Source: Victivallales bacterium (GTDB taxonomy: Bacteria; Verrucomicrobiota; Lentisphaeria; Oligosphaerales; Lenti-02). Taken from it: DNA of 48,973 bases. Of the stretch, positions 8,736 through 19,100 are shown piece by piece. The translations under genes were made by a program, and so were the position numbers. The stretch's first letter is position 1. Each line of letters starts with the position of its first letter. A model generated the notes under the pieces. That model saw nothing but the letters and a program-made list of their open reading frames with translations. It had not been told where the DNA came from and made no database searches. Where the stretch lies: NCBI GenBank assembly GCA_003245525.1, contig QKCY01000601.1:1-48973 (forward strand), read 5' to 3'.

Positions 8736-11627
8736 CTAGGGAATGACCACCAGGGCAGTCAGCCCGACGAGGGCCAATCCTCCATCGGCCGGAGCGGTCA
8801 GCCGGATTTCGCGGATGCCCTGTTCCGGCTTGGGATTGCGCCATTCGGTGAGGGAGAGTTCCACGGTACGACCGTCTAGCGTGAGCCCGCGCCAGCCGAG
8901 AGTGGCGTTGCAGCAGTAGGTCTGCTGGCGGGCGGTCTGCCAGGAACCGTAGGACACCGGTTTGAGCCAGCCCGCCACGTCGATGGTATTGCGAAGCGCG
9001 AAGTCCACGGTGCTGCCATCCGCGTAGACGATCTGGTAGGTGCCTGCCGGACGGGTTGCGGAGTTGTCGGCCGTGTCGGCATGGAGGAAGACGAGGGCGG
9101 CGGCCCGCGATCCCACAGGAACCGTGGCCGTCGGCGGCACCCCTGCCAAATCGGCCTTCTCGCCGCCAACCAGCACGCAGCGACCGCCCTCCTTGCCCGG
9201 AATGGCGAAGGAGAAGGAACGGTCGTAGGCGGTGGTTTGGAGCAGTCCTGGCTTCAGAGCCGAGAGGTCGCGGGATGGGCCGAAATCCAGCCAACCCTGG
9301 CCATCGCCGGGAAGCGGATCGCCCAGATCGCGGTTGGCGACGGGGGTCAGGTCGATGGTCTGTTGCTGGTAGGGACGGTCCGAGACCCGGGGCGGCTGCA
9401 AGAGGGCATGGAATAGGTCCAACTCATCGTAGTTGAGTTCCTCCAGCGTGGGACGGCCTGCGGTCCAGGCGTACTCCCCGAGCAGCGATCCCATCATGGT
9501 GGGATTGGTGGCGGAGCAGTACATCCAACTGCTGCCCGCCGCCCAGGTCGCTCCAGCCTGGTGTGCATTGCGCAGGAAGTAGAAGTTGTTTCTGGGGCTG
9601 TACCAGGTGGTCGGGAAGACCGCGAAACCGGCCTGCTGGAGATAGGCCAGTTGCGGATGCTCCTCGGCGGCCCCGTAGTACCAGTTGGCCAGCAGGATAT
9701 CCTTGGGGATCAGGGCCAGGGCCGGCGCGGTATCCACGTTGCCATAGTGGGCGGCCTTGCTGTTGGCGGCGGAACTCGCGGAGAAGGTGCCGTGGTCCAG
9801 CAGCATGTCGGCCCACATGATCATCTGCAGCCCCCGCTGCCGCAACCAGGCATCGACCGCCGTGATATGCTCGGCCACCACCTCGGCGGGCGTCCGGTCA
9901 CCGCAGATGAGTTCCAGCCCCTGGGCCTCGTCGAACCCCACATGGAAGTAGCCCTTCGCCTGGAAGGCATCGATGGCGTCGGCATAGATGTCGAAGATGA
10001 AATCCCGCACGTCCTGGCGGGTAATGTCGAAACAGGGGGCCCGGCCTGCCGCCTTCGGGGCGAGCAGATCAGGGCGACTACCCGCCAACGGTCCGGTGTG
10101 GCCGAATCCCTGCACGTGGGGTACCGGTTCGATGAAGTTCGCCCGCGCCAAGTCCGCCAGTTCGCGGATCTGTTCCGGGGTGAAGGGGTTGTCGCTGGCC
10201 ACCTCGGGGTGGCTGGGCCAGCGGACCTTGCCCAGGCTGGCGCCGCCGATGAAGACCATGTTCACCCGTTGGCGCGGCAGCACTCGCCGCAGGGTCTGGC
10301 GCAGGAAATCCATCTGGCTCGGGCTACCCAGGGTGAGAGTCATCGCCCGCACGGCGAAATCCGGCCAATCCTCCACCCGCACGCAGGGCATGACCAGCTC
10401 GGTTCCCCGCCAGCCCGGCAACTGGAGCAGAGCCTGCACGCCATACCACGTCCCGGCCGCATCCGCACCCGCCAGCAGCACCCGTTCCGGGGTCAGCGAC
10501 AGACAGAACGCCTCCTGGCGCGCCGTATCCAACCGTGCCAGGAGTTTCTTGGCCTCGGCAGTATCGATCAGAATGGCCGATCCCTGCCCCGACCAGGCAC
10601 TTTCGGCGACGACCCGAAGCGATACCCCCTGGTATTCGGCCAGTTCGTCCCGCAGGCGCTCCGGTCCCCGCCTCTCCGCCTCGGAAGCGGTATCGGGAAC
10701 CACGATGACCGTCTGGGACGAGACCACGAACTCCCCCGGCAACCGTTCATAGTGTTGCGGGGTGGGGTAGAGCACCACTCCCCCCGCCGCCGCGATCCGG
10801 GCCTGGCGCGCTGCCGTCTGGGCCGCCAGTTCCGCCATCTTCCGGTCGCGGTCCTCTTCCTTGCGGGCCTGCAGGGCCGCCAGTTTCTCGTCGAGGTCGG
10901 GGCTCGGCGTGAAGGTGAACCGGTATTCGGTCTTTCCCTCGGTCACCGCGCCGGACTCGAAGGGATGGACGTTCATCAGAGTGAACGTGCGCCGGTCGTC
11001 CGCCCCCCATGTCCGGTCGCAGACGCTGCGCAGTTCCCAGGCCTGCCCGGCCGTCCCTTGCGGCCCCGTGTAGGAGTCCGTCACCGCGATGGCGACGCCG
11101 CCCAAGTCGGTGGGGAACTCCACCCGCTGGAAGCCCTTCCCGTAGGTCGTCGCCGCCCCCACGGCGAAGGTGCCTGTCGTTCCATTGTCAGTGGAAAAGC
11201 CACGATTCGCCAGAGTGTCACGGGCAAGGAAGCACTCCGAGTAGCAGTAGCCGCCTCCGGCGTCCGCCGTGAGCGTGAACTCGTAGGCGATCCGCAACTC
11301 GTTCTTCGCCAGGCTGACCGTCGTCGCGCAAGTCCCTTTGCCCGCCACTCCCGCCGCGACCTTGAGGACCCGCGCCTCGCCATCGCGGGCCTCGGTCACC
11401 CGCAGTTTGGGCGTGCGACCGGGAACCACGTTCTGCCAATCCGTGCTCGCCATCTCGAAGGAGGACGCAGTCACCAGGGGCAAATCCAGATACCACACCC
11501 GCAACGTGCCGCCCGGGTCCAGCGTCACCCGAAACCCTTCCGTCCGTAGATCGCGCAGGGCCTCCTGGGCACCCAGCGAAAGCACCCCGACCAACAGCAG
11601 ACCCAAGGCATGGCGAATCCGACGCAT
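8736..11627 (-). CDS. Secreted multi-domain glycoside hydrolase family 20 (beta-N-acetylhexosaminidase-like)
   Basis: Signal peptide MRRIRHALGLLLVGVLSLGA; GH20b domain (LYPTPQ...EAFCLSL...GTWYGVQALLQL...VEDWPDFAVR); catalytic YFHVGFDEA; MWADMLL; GAGGAG before the start. Confidence 0.82.
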   Translation of the reverse strand: MRRIRHALGLLLVGVLSLGAQEALRDLRTEGFRVTLDPGGTLRVWYLDLPLVTASSFEMASTDWQNVVPGRTPKLRVTEARDGEARVLKVAAGVAGKGTCATTVSLAKNELRIAYEFTLTADAGGGYCYSECFLARDTLANRGFSTDNGTTGTFAVGAATTYGKGFQRVEFPTDLGGVAIAVTDSYTGPQGTAGQAWELRSVCDRTWGADDRRTFTLMNVHPFESGAVTEGKTEYRFTFTPSPDLDEKLAALQARKEEDRDRKMAELAAQTAARQARIAAAGGVVLYPTPQHYERLPGEFVVSSQTVIVVPDTASEAERRGPERLRDELAEYQGVSLRVVAESAWSGQGSAILIDTAEAKKLLARLDTARQEAFCLSLTPERVLLAGADAAGTWYGVQALLQLPGWRGTELVMPCVRVEDWPDFAVRAMTLTLGSPSQMDFLRQTLRRVLPRQRVNMVFIGGASLGKVRWPSHPEVASDNPFTPEQIRELADLARANFIEPVPHVQGFGHTGPLAGSRPDLLAPKAAGRAPCFDITRQDVRDFIFDIYADAIDAFQAKGYFHVGFDEAQGLELICGDRTPAEVVAEHITAVDAWLRQRGLQMIMWADMLLDHGTFSASSAANSKAAHYGNVDTAPALALIPKDILLANWYYGAAEEHPQLAYLQQAGFAVFPTTWYSPRNNFYFLRNAHQAGATWAAGSSWMYCSATNPTMMGSLLGEYAWTAGRPTLEELNYDELDLFHALLQPPRVSDRPYQQQTIDLTPVANRDLGDPLPGDGQGWLDFGPSRDLSALKPGLLQTTAYDRSFSFAIPGKEGGRCVLVGGEKADLAGVPPTATVPVGSRAAALVFLHADTADNSATRPAGTYQIVYADGSTVDFALRNTIDVAGWLKPVSYGSWQTARQQTYCCNATLGWRGLTLDGRTVELSLTEWRNPKPEQGIREIRLTAPADGGLALVGLTALVVIP

Positions 11628-11758
11628 GGCAATCTCCTCGAAACGTGGGCGATGGACAATCCAGGCAAAGCGTAGGCCCTTCCCCGACAGATGCAAATCC
11701 AGGCGTTTGGCGGTATGGTGACTGCAAAGGAACTCCTTTGTTCAGTGGGGAAGAGACC

Positions 11759-13525
11759 ATGCCCTGTGTCCGCCTTCTCTCTGCTCTTCTCGGCCTACTG
11801 CTCGTCGGTTGCCGCCTGACGCCCTCTCCCCTGGAAACGCCGCCCCCCAACTCGACGGCTTCTCCACCAGAACCGGCGACCATCCGGCTGCCTTACGGAT
11901 TGGCTGAACTGGTCCGGCGCTGGGACTCCCCCTCCGGCACCATGCCCGACCAGCCCGAAGACGTAACGGCGAGTGAGGGCGAGTTCCAGAACCGTTTCCA
12001 CCGGTTCTGCCTCGATGTCGGCATTCTGGCCGCCGGTGAACCGTCCTTGCCGCTGGAGGATACCATATACGGGCATAGGGTCCAGGTACTGCCCGGAACC
12101 CCGGCCCACATGCGTCTCCAGGAGCTCTGCCGCCTGCTGGCACCGATGGTGGAACCCCGCCAGGCGACCGTGGACCTGCTCGTGCTCGATGTCCCTGGCA
12201 AGCTCGCCCGGGGTTGGGGGCTGGACGGCCTGCCTGCCGCCGGAGAACCGCCGCCGCTCCTCAAGGACGGAATCCCCGAGTCAATGGGGGACGAGACCTT
12301 CGCCGAGTTTCGTTCGTTGCTTCTGGACCAGCCCGGGACGAGCATCCTCGCCGTCGCCAGCGCCGTGGCCCGACCGGGGGAGACCGCCGTGGTCCGCCAG
12401 GCTCCGGCCATTCCCGCACCGGAACCCGAGGCCCCAGACAACGAGGACGAAAACCCTCTCGAAACCCCGCCCTCCCTCGCCGCCTCCGAACCGGGCCTGC
12501 TGTTTGCCGTCACTCCCGGCAAAGCCCAGGCCGACGGCTGGGCAAGCAACGTCGAAGTGAGACTGGAGATTGCCGACGGGAAGACCGCAGGCCAGACGCA
12601 ACCCGACAGCAGTCCGAGCCTGGTTCTGCGCACAAGGACAGACTGCACCATGGGGCAAACCACCTTCCTGGGAAGCATGGCTGGGCAGACGGGGCATTCC
12701 TGCCGTCTCGTCTTTCTCACCCTCCGCTGGTTGGAGCCGATGCCGAGCCTCCTCGCCTTTGCCGACTGCGGACCTCAGGGATACCAGTTCCTCGCTTTCC
12801 GTTTCACCTGGCTCATCGATATCCTGTATCCCCGCAGGCACTCCCGCCCCCGCATCGACTGGGGCGACGAGGACGAAAGCGAAGAAGACGCGGACGAGAA
12901 GGCGAGGGAACAGGTCACTGCCGGGACTCATCAGTTTCTCCAGAATTTCGGCATCGACTTCAGCCAGTCCGGGAAGCTTATCCCCATCTTGGTGGGACCG
13001 GGGCAGTCCTTCGACGAGTCCGAGACCGTCGTGGTGTGTTTCGGCCCGTTCGAGAAGGCGATCCGGCGCGTTGACCGTCTCTTTGCCGAAATCATGAAGC
13101 TGGACCATTCCGCTACGTTCTGCCACGTTACTACGCTCCAAGTGAGCCCGGAGAAGTGGGTGGAGCTCACCGGCGAGAACGCACCAGACCGCCAACTCAG
13201 CCGCGAGGAGGTCCGCAACCTTCTGGATGGAAGCGGACAGAACGAGTCGCCGGTCGTGCTGGCGACGAGCAGCGTCTCGGTTCGTTCCCTGGGAACTGTC
13301 TCCATTCACAACCCCAACGGACAAACGGTGACCGTGAGACGGCTGTTGAGGGAGCTGGCCGGGTTGGTGAGTCTGGGTATCCAGGCAGACTACGCTGGTT
13401 CTGGCCACCCGGCCAACACCATCGAGACCCAGGCGACCCTGAAATGCGGGCACTACGCCCTCCTGGGCGGCGGCGGGGGCAACAGCGGGAGTCCGGTCGT
13501 CCTCTGGCTTGTGGGTGTGGAGTAG
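11759..13525 (+). CDS. Hypothetical lipoprotein with two degenerate secretin-like segments
   Basis: Lipobox LLVGC; long ORF; segments ILAVASAVARPGETAVV...GLLFAVTP...GQTTFLG...LVFLT and VLATSSVSVRSLGTVSI...IETQATLKCGHYALLGG...VLWL. Confidence 0.55.
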   Translation: MPCVRLLSALLGLLLVGCRLTPSPLETPPPNSTASPPEPATIRLPYGLAELVRRWDSPSGTMPDQPEDVTASEGEFQNRFHRFCLDVGILAAGEPSLPLEDTIYGHRVQVLPGTPAHMRLQELCRLLAPMVEPRQATVDLLVLDVPGKLARGWGLDGLPAAGEPPPLLKDGIPESMGDETFAEFRSLLLDQPGTSILAVASAVARPGETAVVRQAPAIPAPEPEAPDNEDENPLETPPSLAASEPGLLFAVTPGKAQADGWASNVEVRLEIADGKTAGQTQPDSSPSLVLRTRTDCTMGQTTFLGSMAGQTGHSCRLVFLTLRWLEPMPSLLAFADCGPQGYQFLAFRFTWLIDILYPRRHSRPRIDWGDEDESEEDADEKAREQVTAGTHQFLQNFGIDFSQSGKLIPILVGPGQSFDESETVVVCFGPFEKAIRRVDRLFAEIMKLDHSATFCHVTTLQVSPEKWVELTGENAPDRQLSREEVRNLLDGSGQNESPVVLATSSVSVRSLGTVSIHNPNGQTVTVRRLLRELAGLVSLGIQADYAGSGHPANTIETQATLKCGHYALLGGGGGNSGSPVVLWLVGVE

Positions 13526-13595
13526 CCGACTACCTGTTGCATTGGCGCGTTGGCGGTAGCAAGGTATGGTCTTCCCCCTTTGCCAGGAGATGACG

Positions 13596-16500
13596 ATGAT
13601 CCGCTTTGCCTCTCTTGCCGCCACTCTGCTCGCGCTTTCGGTCCACGCCCAATTGGTGGACACGTTCGGCAACCCTGCGGATTGGCATGCTGCCGACGAT
13701 GGCGGCAATGCGCCCGCCCTGTCCGCCGTCGCGGGAGGAATGCAAGCGGTCTACCAGGAGGCGAAGCCCGGCTGGGGCAATATCGTCCGCGACCTGCGAC
13801 TGACTGGCAAGGAAACGCTGGTCCGGCTGGACGTGCAGGTGGTCAGCGCTCAGCCCAAGGCGGCCATGCACCTCTGGTTGGTGGAGCCAGATCAGGACAT
13901 GTGGCTGATCCAACTCGGCATCGACGGCAAGTCCACAGGGGCGCTCGGCCCCGGCGACTACTCCTTCGAGGTGCCGTTGGACAAGCTCGCTTTCCAGCCA
14001 CGCGGCAAGCAGACCAAGGAGTTGTTTGCCAGTAACCGGCTGCTGATCGGCTTCAACTACGGCGACCAGACCGTGGTACTGAAGCGCCTGGCCTTCGAGT
14101 TCGACGCCGCCACCATGGCGCGGATCAAGGCGGAACAGGAGGGCAAGCAAGCCGCCGTACAAGCGGTCCTGGCCAAGGGCGGCTACCGGGAGGGCACCAC
14201 GTACCGGATTGCCCTGTTCGACGATCCTAAGGTTCCCACCCCCACCGTCGCCAGTTCGCCCGAGCGGCTCGCCGCCATCCTCGGCGGCGACGGCATCGGT
14301 ATCACCCGGCTCGATGCGACCGGCCTGAGCAATCCAGCGGTGCTTGACGCCAGCCGGTTCGACCTGTTGGTCCTGCCCTACGGTCCCAGCTTCCCCGCCG
14401 AAGCGGAGGAATCCATCCGCACCTTCTGCAAGCAGGGGGGAGACTTCCTCTCCCTGGGCGGCTACGCCTTCGACGAGCCCTATGCGCTCCAGGAAGCGGG
14501 GCCACCGCCGAACCTCATCCGGAATCCGGGTTTCGAGGACGCGGATACCACCATGTGGGGCCTGGACAAGGCCAGCATGCAGGAGGGAGATCCCAGCCAA
14601 GTCGTCCGTCGGCCCTCGACCGACCAGCCCCAGGCCGGGGCCGCGTGCTTCGAGATCACCGTGCCGGACGGCGTGCCGAAGGCCTGGTACAACGTCACCC
14701 AGAAGGTGGAGACCGTCCTCCCCGGTCATAGCTATCTGGCCACCTGTCAGTTGCGCACCCAGAACGTACACGACGGCTTTGCCTACATGGCCGTCGGGTT
14801 CTACGACAAGGAGGACAAGCGCATCTCCTTCGTCCATGCCACCGCTACCATCAAAGCCGAGGGCACCACGCCCTGGACCGAGCAGAAGGTTGCCTTCACC
14901 GTACCAAAAGGCACCGTCTACGCCACCGTCCACGGCCATCTCTACGGCTTCGGAACGGCTTGGTTCGACGCCTTCGAGCTGAAGGAGAACGCTTCCGTCC
15001 AGCTCAACACCCGGCACGGCAAGGCGGGCGACGCCCTCGGGCTGCGCGACGACCAGATCGGCGTGTTCGATCCCTCCTACGTCTTCGAGCGCACCACCCA
15101 CACCGAGTCCGCCCCGCTCCAGCACATCGTCCCCGCGACGGTGGCCCTCAAGGCCGAACTGAAGGGCTACGTGGCGGTGGGTATGACCAGCCCCAACAAC
15201 GCCGTCTCGCCCAAGCCCCGCGCCCGCTGGACCTCCCTGGTCCAGGCCTTCGACGACTATGGGCGGTTGACTGGTACGGTCCTCGGCATCTCCCACAACT
15301 TCACCGGCACCTTCAAGCACTCCCTGTGGGCCTACTGCGGGGTGGAGAACCAGGACCTGACCGCCGATCCCGCCTTCGCCACCGCCCTGCGCGAGGTCCG
15401 CGACCACCTGCGGCGGGGCGTCTTTCTGCACAGTCCCGCCACCGAGTACATGCTCTACCATCCCGGCGAGACCATCCAGGCCACGGCCCAGCTTGCCAAC
15501 GCGGGCAAGGAGGCGGGCACCTATACGGTCCGTTGCCGGCTTCTCGTCTCGGGCCAGTCCGTGGCCGAACAACAGACCACGGTCACGGTCACTCCCGGCG
15601 GCGACGAGCCCGCCAGGCTGACTTTCACCTGCCCGGAACCCGCCACCGGCACGGTTGAGGTCCGCTTCGAACTGCTGGACAACGGGCGCGCCATCGACCT
15701 GCTCCGCACCGGCTTCCTGATCCCCCTTGCCAGCGACAGCCAGGGCCTGGCCCTCGGCTACCAGGACAACTACTTCACCGCCGACGGGCATCCCGCCATC
15801 CTCTTCGGCACCAATCAGACCGGCGTCATGTTCGGCCCCGACTACGAGAACGTGCTCACCTGGATGGAGGACTACGGGCGCTGCCGCGACTACGGTCTCA
15901 CGGTCTGGCGGCTGCTGCACATCTCGCCCTACGCCGATCCCGACTTCCGCAAACGCGGCTACCAGATTCTGGACAATCCCCCGGAATGGCTCCTGCGCCG
16001 GATGGACGCGGTCTTCCTCCTCGCCCAGCGCTACCAACTCGCCCCCTTCCCCTGCTGGCACGACTGGACCGGCGGCACGGCGGTGTCGGACGAGAACCTG
16101 CGCCAGCAACAGGCCTTCGTGAAGGTCTATGGCGAACGCTACAAGCACCTGTCCGCCATGCTCTGGGATGTTTCCAACGAAGCGGCGACTGGCTACACGC
16201 CCATCGACGACCTCAACCGCCTGCTCGGCGGATTCCTCAAACAGAAGTACGGCACCGATGCCGCCCTCCGGGCCGCCTGGGGAGATCCGGCCATCACCTT
16301 CGCCACGGCAAGGTACGAGAAACCGCCCCAGTCCTGGGACAGCCGCCGGGCCCGCGACATCGAACTCTTCCGTGTGGAGGTGGCCAGCCGCTGGTTGCGG
16401 GGCAATGTCAGCGCCATGCGCGAGACCGGCGACACCCATCCGGTCTCCGACGAGTACTACCTGCTGCCGGGCGGCGACGCCTTCGGCGCGCGGGACACCA

Positions 16501-17945
16501 TGACCTTCGCCAACATCCACCGTTATCCCGACTGGACTCCCGGCGCGCTGCGCTACTACGACCGCCGGACGCAGGGCCGCGGCTTCGTGGTCGGCGAGTT
16601 CGGTCGCCGCCATCACCCGAGCATGAGGAGCGGCGGCTGGAGCTGGCTGCCCGAGCCCGAGGTCCGCAACTTCTTCCGCCGCGCCACCTTCATGGGCGTG
16701 GGCTGCGGCATGGCCAGCATGAGCAACTGGGACTGGAAGGATATGCGCGGGTGCGTCTTCCCCTGGGGCATCAACTATCCCAACGAGCTGGTCCCCAAGC
16801 AGGTGTCCCGCGATTTCCGCAATCTGGCCGTCTTCTTCCGTTCCTTCCGCCCCGTACACCGGCCCGAGGACGTGTGGTACGTCATCCCCGACCAGTTCCT
16901 GCTGGGCGGTCGGCAGAGCGAACTCGAACGGCGCATCCAGATCTCCCTCGATGCCATGTCCGACACCAACATCCCCTTCTCCGTCATCCGCCAGTACGAA
17001 CTGCCGAGCCTGCAGACCGCGTCCCCCAAGGCCATCGTCTTCCCGTTGCCCTATGTACTCAGCGACAGCGAAGTGGCTCTGCTGGTCGGCTTCGCGCTCC
17101 AGGGCGGCACCGTCTATCTCTCCGGCGACGCCAGCTACGACAGCGACCGGCAGCCCACCCGGCCCCAGATCATCGAGATTCTCACCGGCACAAAGCTGGC
17201 CGGCCGTCGCTATCCCGACATCCGCCGGGCCGGTGATCCGGTCCCGGCCTTCGCCGACCTGCCCGAAATCCGCTACGACGCCTATCCGGCCCTGGAATTG
17301 GCCGATCGCACCGACGTGCTCGTCCGCCACTCCCTTGCCCGCGGCCAGATTCTCTTCCTGAACGACCCCATCGAGTTGCACGCTAGCCGCGAGACCCTCC
17401 GCAAGGTCTACGCCCACCTACTGCCCGTGCCGCCCCTAACCAAAGACGCCAGCGTGCTGGCCTACCATCTCCCCACCCAGGACGGCGAGCTCCGCCTCCT
17501 GCTCAACGAAAGCGAGGAACAACGGACCCTCGCCCTGCCGCGGGTTGCGCTTCCTGTTGTCGCCGGTTCCCAAGTCGCGGTCCATGTCACCAAGGCCGGT
17601 GCCGTAACCGCCCTGGCCATGGATGGCACCGCGACGGTGGGGGGCACGCCCTTCGCCAGTGGCAGTGGTCGCCAGCTCGTTCTCTCTCTCGACGGGCAGG
17701 ACGTGAACAAGGCGGCAGCCCTCTTGGTCCTGCCTCTGGGCGAAGGCGAACTCAAGCTCGCCCGCGATCTGCCGGTCGCCATCGGCGAGGTCGTGGACGG
17801 TACTTGGCAGACCTACGAGACCTTGCCCTCCAGCCAGGACGTGGCCATCAGCGAACTCCGCTCCACCGCCTTCCTCCTCCTCTGCCCCGCCGATCAGCGC
17901 GACCGCTGGACCCAAGCCGTGGCCGCCCTCGTCATCCAGCCATAG
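13596..17945 (+). CDS. Large secreted mosaic glycoside hydrolase (clan GH-A, GH42/GH5-like) with CBM4/9-like module
   Basis: Signal peptide; NLIRNPGFED CBM-like start; WDVSNEA (acid/base) and VVGEFG (nucleophile); FLKQKYGTDAALRAAWG GH42-like motif; AGGAG before ATG 13596. Confidence 0.72.
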   Translation: MIRFASLAATLLALSVHAQLVDTFGNPADWHAADDGGNAPALSAVAGGMQAVYQEAKPGWGNIVRDLRLTGKETLVRLDVQVVSAQPKAAMHLWLVEPDQDMWLIQLGIDGKSTGALGPGDYSFEVPLDKLAFQPRGKQTKELFASNRLLIGFNYGDQTVVLKRLAFEFDAATMARIKAEQEGKQAAVQAVLAKGGYREGTTYRIALFDDPKVPTPTVASSPERLAAILGGDGIGITRLDATGLSNPAVLDASRFDLLVLPYGPSFPAEAEESIRTFCKQGGDFLSLGGYAFDEPYALQEAGPPPNLIRNPGFEDADTTMWGLDKASMQEGDPSQVVRRPSTDQPQAGAACFEITVPDGVPKAWYNVTQKVETVLPGHSYLATCQLRTQNVHDGFAYMAVGFYDKEDKRISFVHATATIKAEGTTPWTEQKVAFTVPKGTVYATVHGHLYGFGTAWFDAFELKENASVQLNTRHGKAGDALGLRDDQIGVFDPSYVFERTTHTESAPLQHIVPATVALKAELKGYVAVGMTSPNNAVSPKPRARWTSLVQAFDDYGRLTGTVLGISHNFTGTFKHSLWAYCGVENQDLTADPAFATALREVRDHLRRGVFLHSPATEYMLYHPGETIQATAQLANAGKEAGTYTVRCRLLVSGQSVAEQQTTVTVTPGGDEPARLTFTCPEPATGTVEVRFELLDNGRAIDLLRTGFLIPLASDSQGLALGYQDNYFTADGHPAILFGTNQTGVMFGPDYENVLTWMEDYGRCRDYGLTVWRLLHISPYADPDFRKRGYQILDNPPEWLLRRMDAVFLLAQRYQLAPFPCWHDWTGGTAVSDENLRQQQAFVKVYGERYKHLSAMLWDVSNEAATGYTPIDDLNRLLGGFLKQKYGTDAALRAAWGDPAITFATARYEKPPQSWDSRRARDIELFRVEVASRWLRGNVSAMRETGDTHPVSDEYYLLPGGDAFGARDTMTFANIHRYPDWTPGALRYYDRRTQGRGFVVGEFGRRHHPSMRSGGWSWLPEPEVRNFFRRATFMGVGCGMASMSNWDWKDMRGCVFPWGINYPNELVPKQVSRDFRNLAVFFRSFRPVHRPEDVWYVIPDQFLLGGRQSELERRIQISLDAMSDTNIPFSVIRQYELPSLQTASPKAIVFPLPYVLSDSEVALLVGFALQGGTVYLSGDASYDSDRQPTRPQIIEILTGTKLAGRRYPDIRRAGDPVPAFADLPEIRYDAYPALELADRTDVLVRHSLARGQILFLNDPIELHASRETLRKVYAHLLPVPPLTKDASVLAYHLPTQDGELRLLLNESEEQRTLALPRVALPVVAGSQVAVHVTKAGAVTALAMDGTATVGGTPFASGSGRQLVLSLDGQDVNKAAALLVLPLGEGELKLARDLPVAIGEVVDGTWQTYETLPSSQDVAISELRSTAFLLLCPADQRDRWTQAVAALVIQP

Positions 17946-18094
17946 CGGGCTCCGCAGGAATAGCCAACAGGCCCGTCCGGCGTCCAGGCTGTTCCCTGCC
18001 GTCGCTCGGGTCGGGGTGGAGAACTCATCCCTGGAGTATCAGGCTGGTTTGGACAGGGGTGCCGACCATCGGCTCCCCGGCCAGGACGCCCCTG

Positions 18095-18119
18095 TCGCGG
18101 GCTCGGCGAGCCCGCGACT
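18095..18119. terminator. GC-rich hairpin between convergent genes (REP-like, possible bidirectional terminator)
   Basis: gtcgcgggctc-ggc-gagcccgcgac, perfect 11-bp stem. Confidence 0.5.
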
Positions 18120-18212
18120 ATCCATCAGCGACCACGCCGGTGTCTTCCACTCTGCGTGCTCCCGGCTTCCGGGACTGGCAACGGTAACCCGGCGTTGCGG
18201 GCCCGAACCGGA

Positions 18213-19100
18213 TCACTGGCCCTTCGAGCGGAACTGGCCGTTCTCGTCGATGATGTAGTCGACCCCTTCGACGGCCAGGCGTCCATTGACCACCTTGATG
18301 TAGCCGGGGCTCCGGCTGAGGTGGGGGACGGTGCCATCGGGCGAGTAATAACTCTGCTGCCGAAGCTTGACCCGCGCCCCAGCCAGGCTGTACACCTGGT
18401 AGGAGTAGAGCCGGGAGGCCACCTGTAGCAGCAGATGCACATCGCTGGTGGCGTCGGCGTCCATCTCCGGCTCGGAGGAGTTGATCTGCCGCCCCAGGCG
18501 GATGGTGCTGTAGACGAGATCATCGTCCTCGACACGCAGACAGTAGATGCCTTGGTCGTCGTCCTGGAACAGCAGCAGGCTCACCTTCAGCGCCTTGATC
18601 TTGCCGTTGGCGTCGTCGCCGGGCAACCCCACGTTGCGGGAAGTGACCATGAGCCCGTCGCGCACCTCGAAGGTGACCTCATCGCTCTGGTAGTCGTTGC
18701 TCAGTCGGGCATGCCCGACCTGGGCCTTCACGGTGTAGGACCCCGGTGACTGCAGGTCGAAGAAGGTGTTCAGGGAAAGGCTCAACGCCTTGGTCTCGCC
18801 CGCGTTCAGAACCAGCCCGTCGGCCGGGTTGTCCTTGGCCTTGAGGGATTTCACCATCCGCCCGTTGTGGGTATCCACCAGGAAGAAAAGATAGCCCCGG
18901 TTCGGCCCTTCCTTGCTGAACGTCAGCGTATTGCCGCTGTAGTTCCGCAGGGTCACCGTCACCTCGATCGGCTCGTAGCGCAGGAACTTGTTGTAGCTCG
19001 CGGTCAGGGCGATGCCAAGCTGGGCCCAGGTCGGCAGGGCGGCGAGGAAGAGGAAGGCAACCAGCAACAACGGGAGAATTCGCGGGGCGGGGCGTCTCAT
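18213..19100 (-). CDS. Hypothetical exported protein
   Basis: Signal peptide MRRPAPRILPLLLVAFLFLAALPTWA; strong GC3 bias; ATGA overlap with the upstream heptosyltransferase stop. Confidence 0.75.
   Translation of the reverse strand: MRRPAPRILPLLLVAFLFLAALPTWAQLGIALTASYNKFLRYEPIEVTVTLRNYSGNTLTFSKEGPNRGYLFFLVDTHNGRMVKSLKAKDNPADGLVLNAGETKALSLSLNTFFDLQSPGSYTVKAQVGHARLSNDYQSDEVTFEVRDGLMVTSRNVGLPGDDANGKIKALKVSLLLFQDDDQGIYCLRVEDDDLVYSTIRLGRQINSSEPEMDADATSDVHLLLQVASRLYSYQVYSLAGARVKLRQQSYYSPDGTVPHLSRSPGYIKVVNGRLAVEGVDYIIDENGQFRSKGQ

Noticed and set aside
8368-8739. 123-aa ORF across the palindromic element
   Set aside because: It is a translation of repeat DNA with atypical codon usage and no RBS.
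13530-17417. 1295-aa minus-strand ORF and other long antisense ORFs (4123-5598, 6868-8385, 9561-11549, 36464-38716, 46682-47965)
   Set aside because: Shadow frames of well-supported genes in high-GC DNA, with no recognisable motifs.
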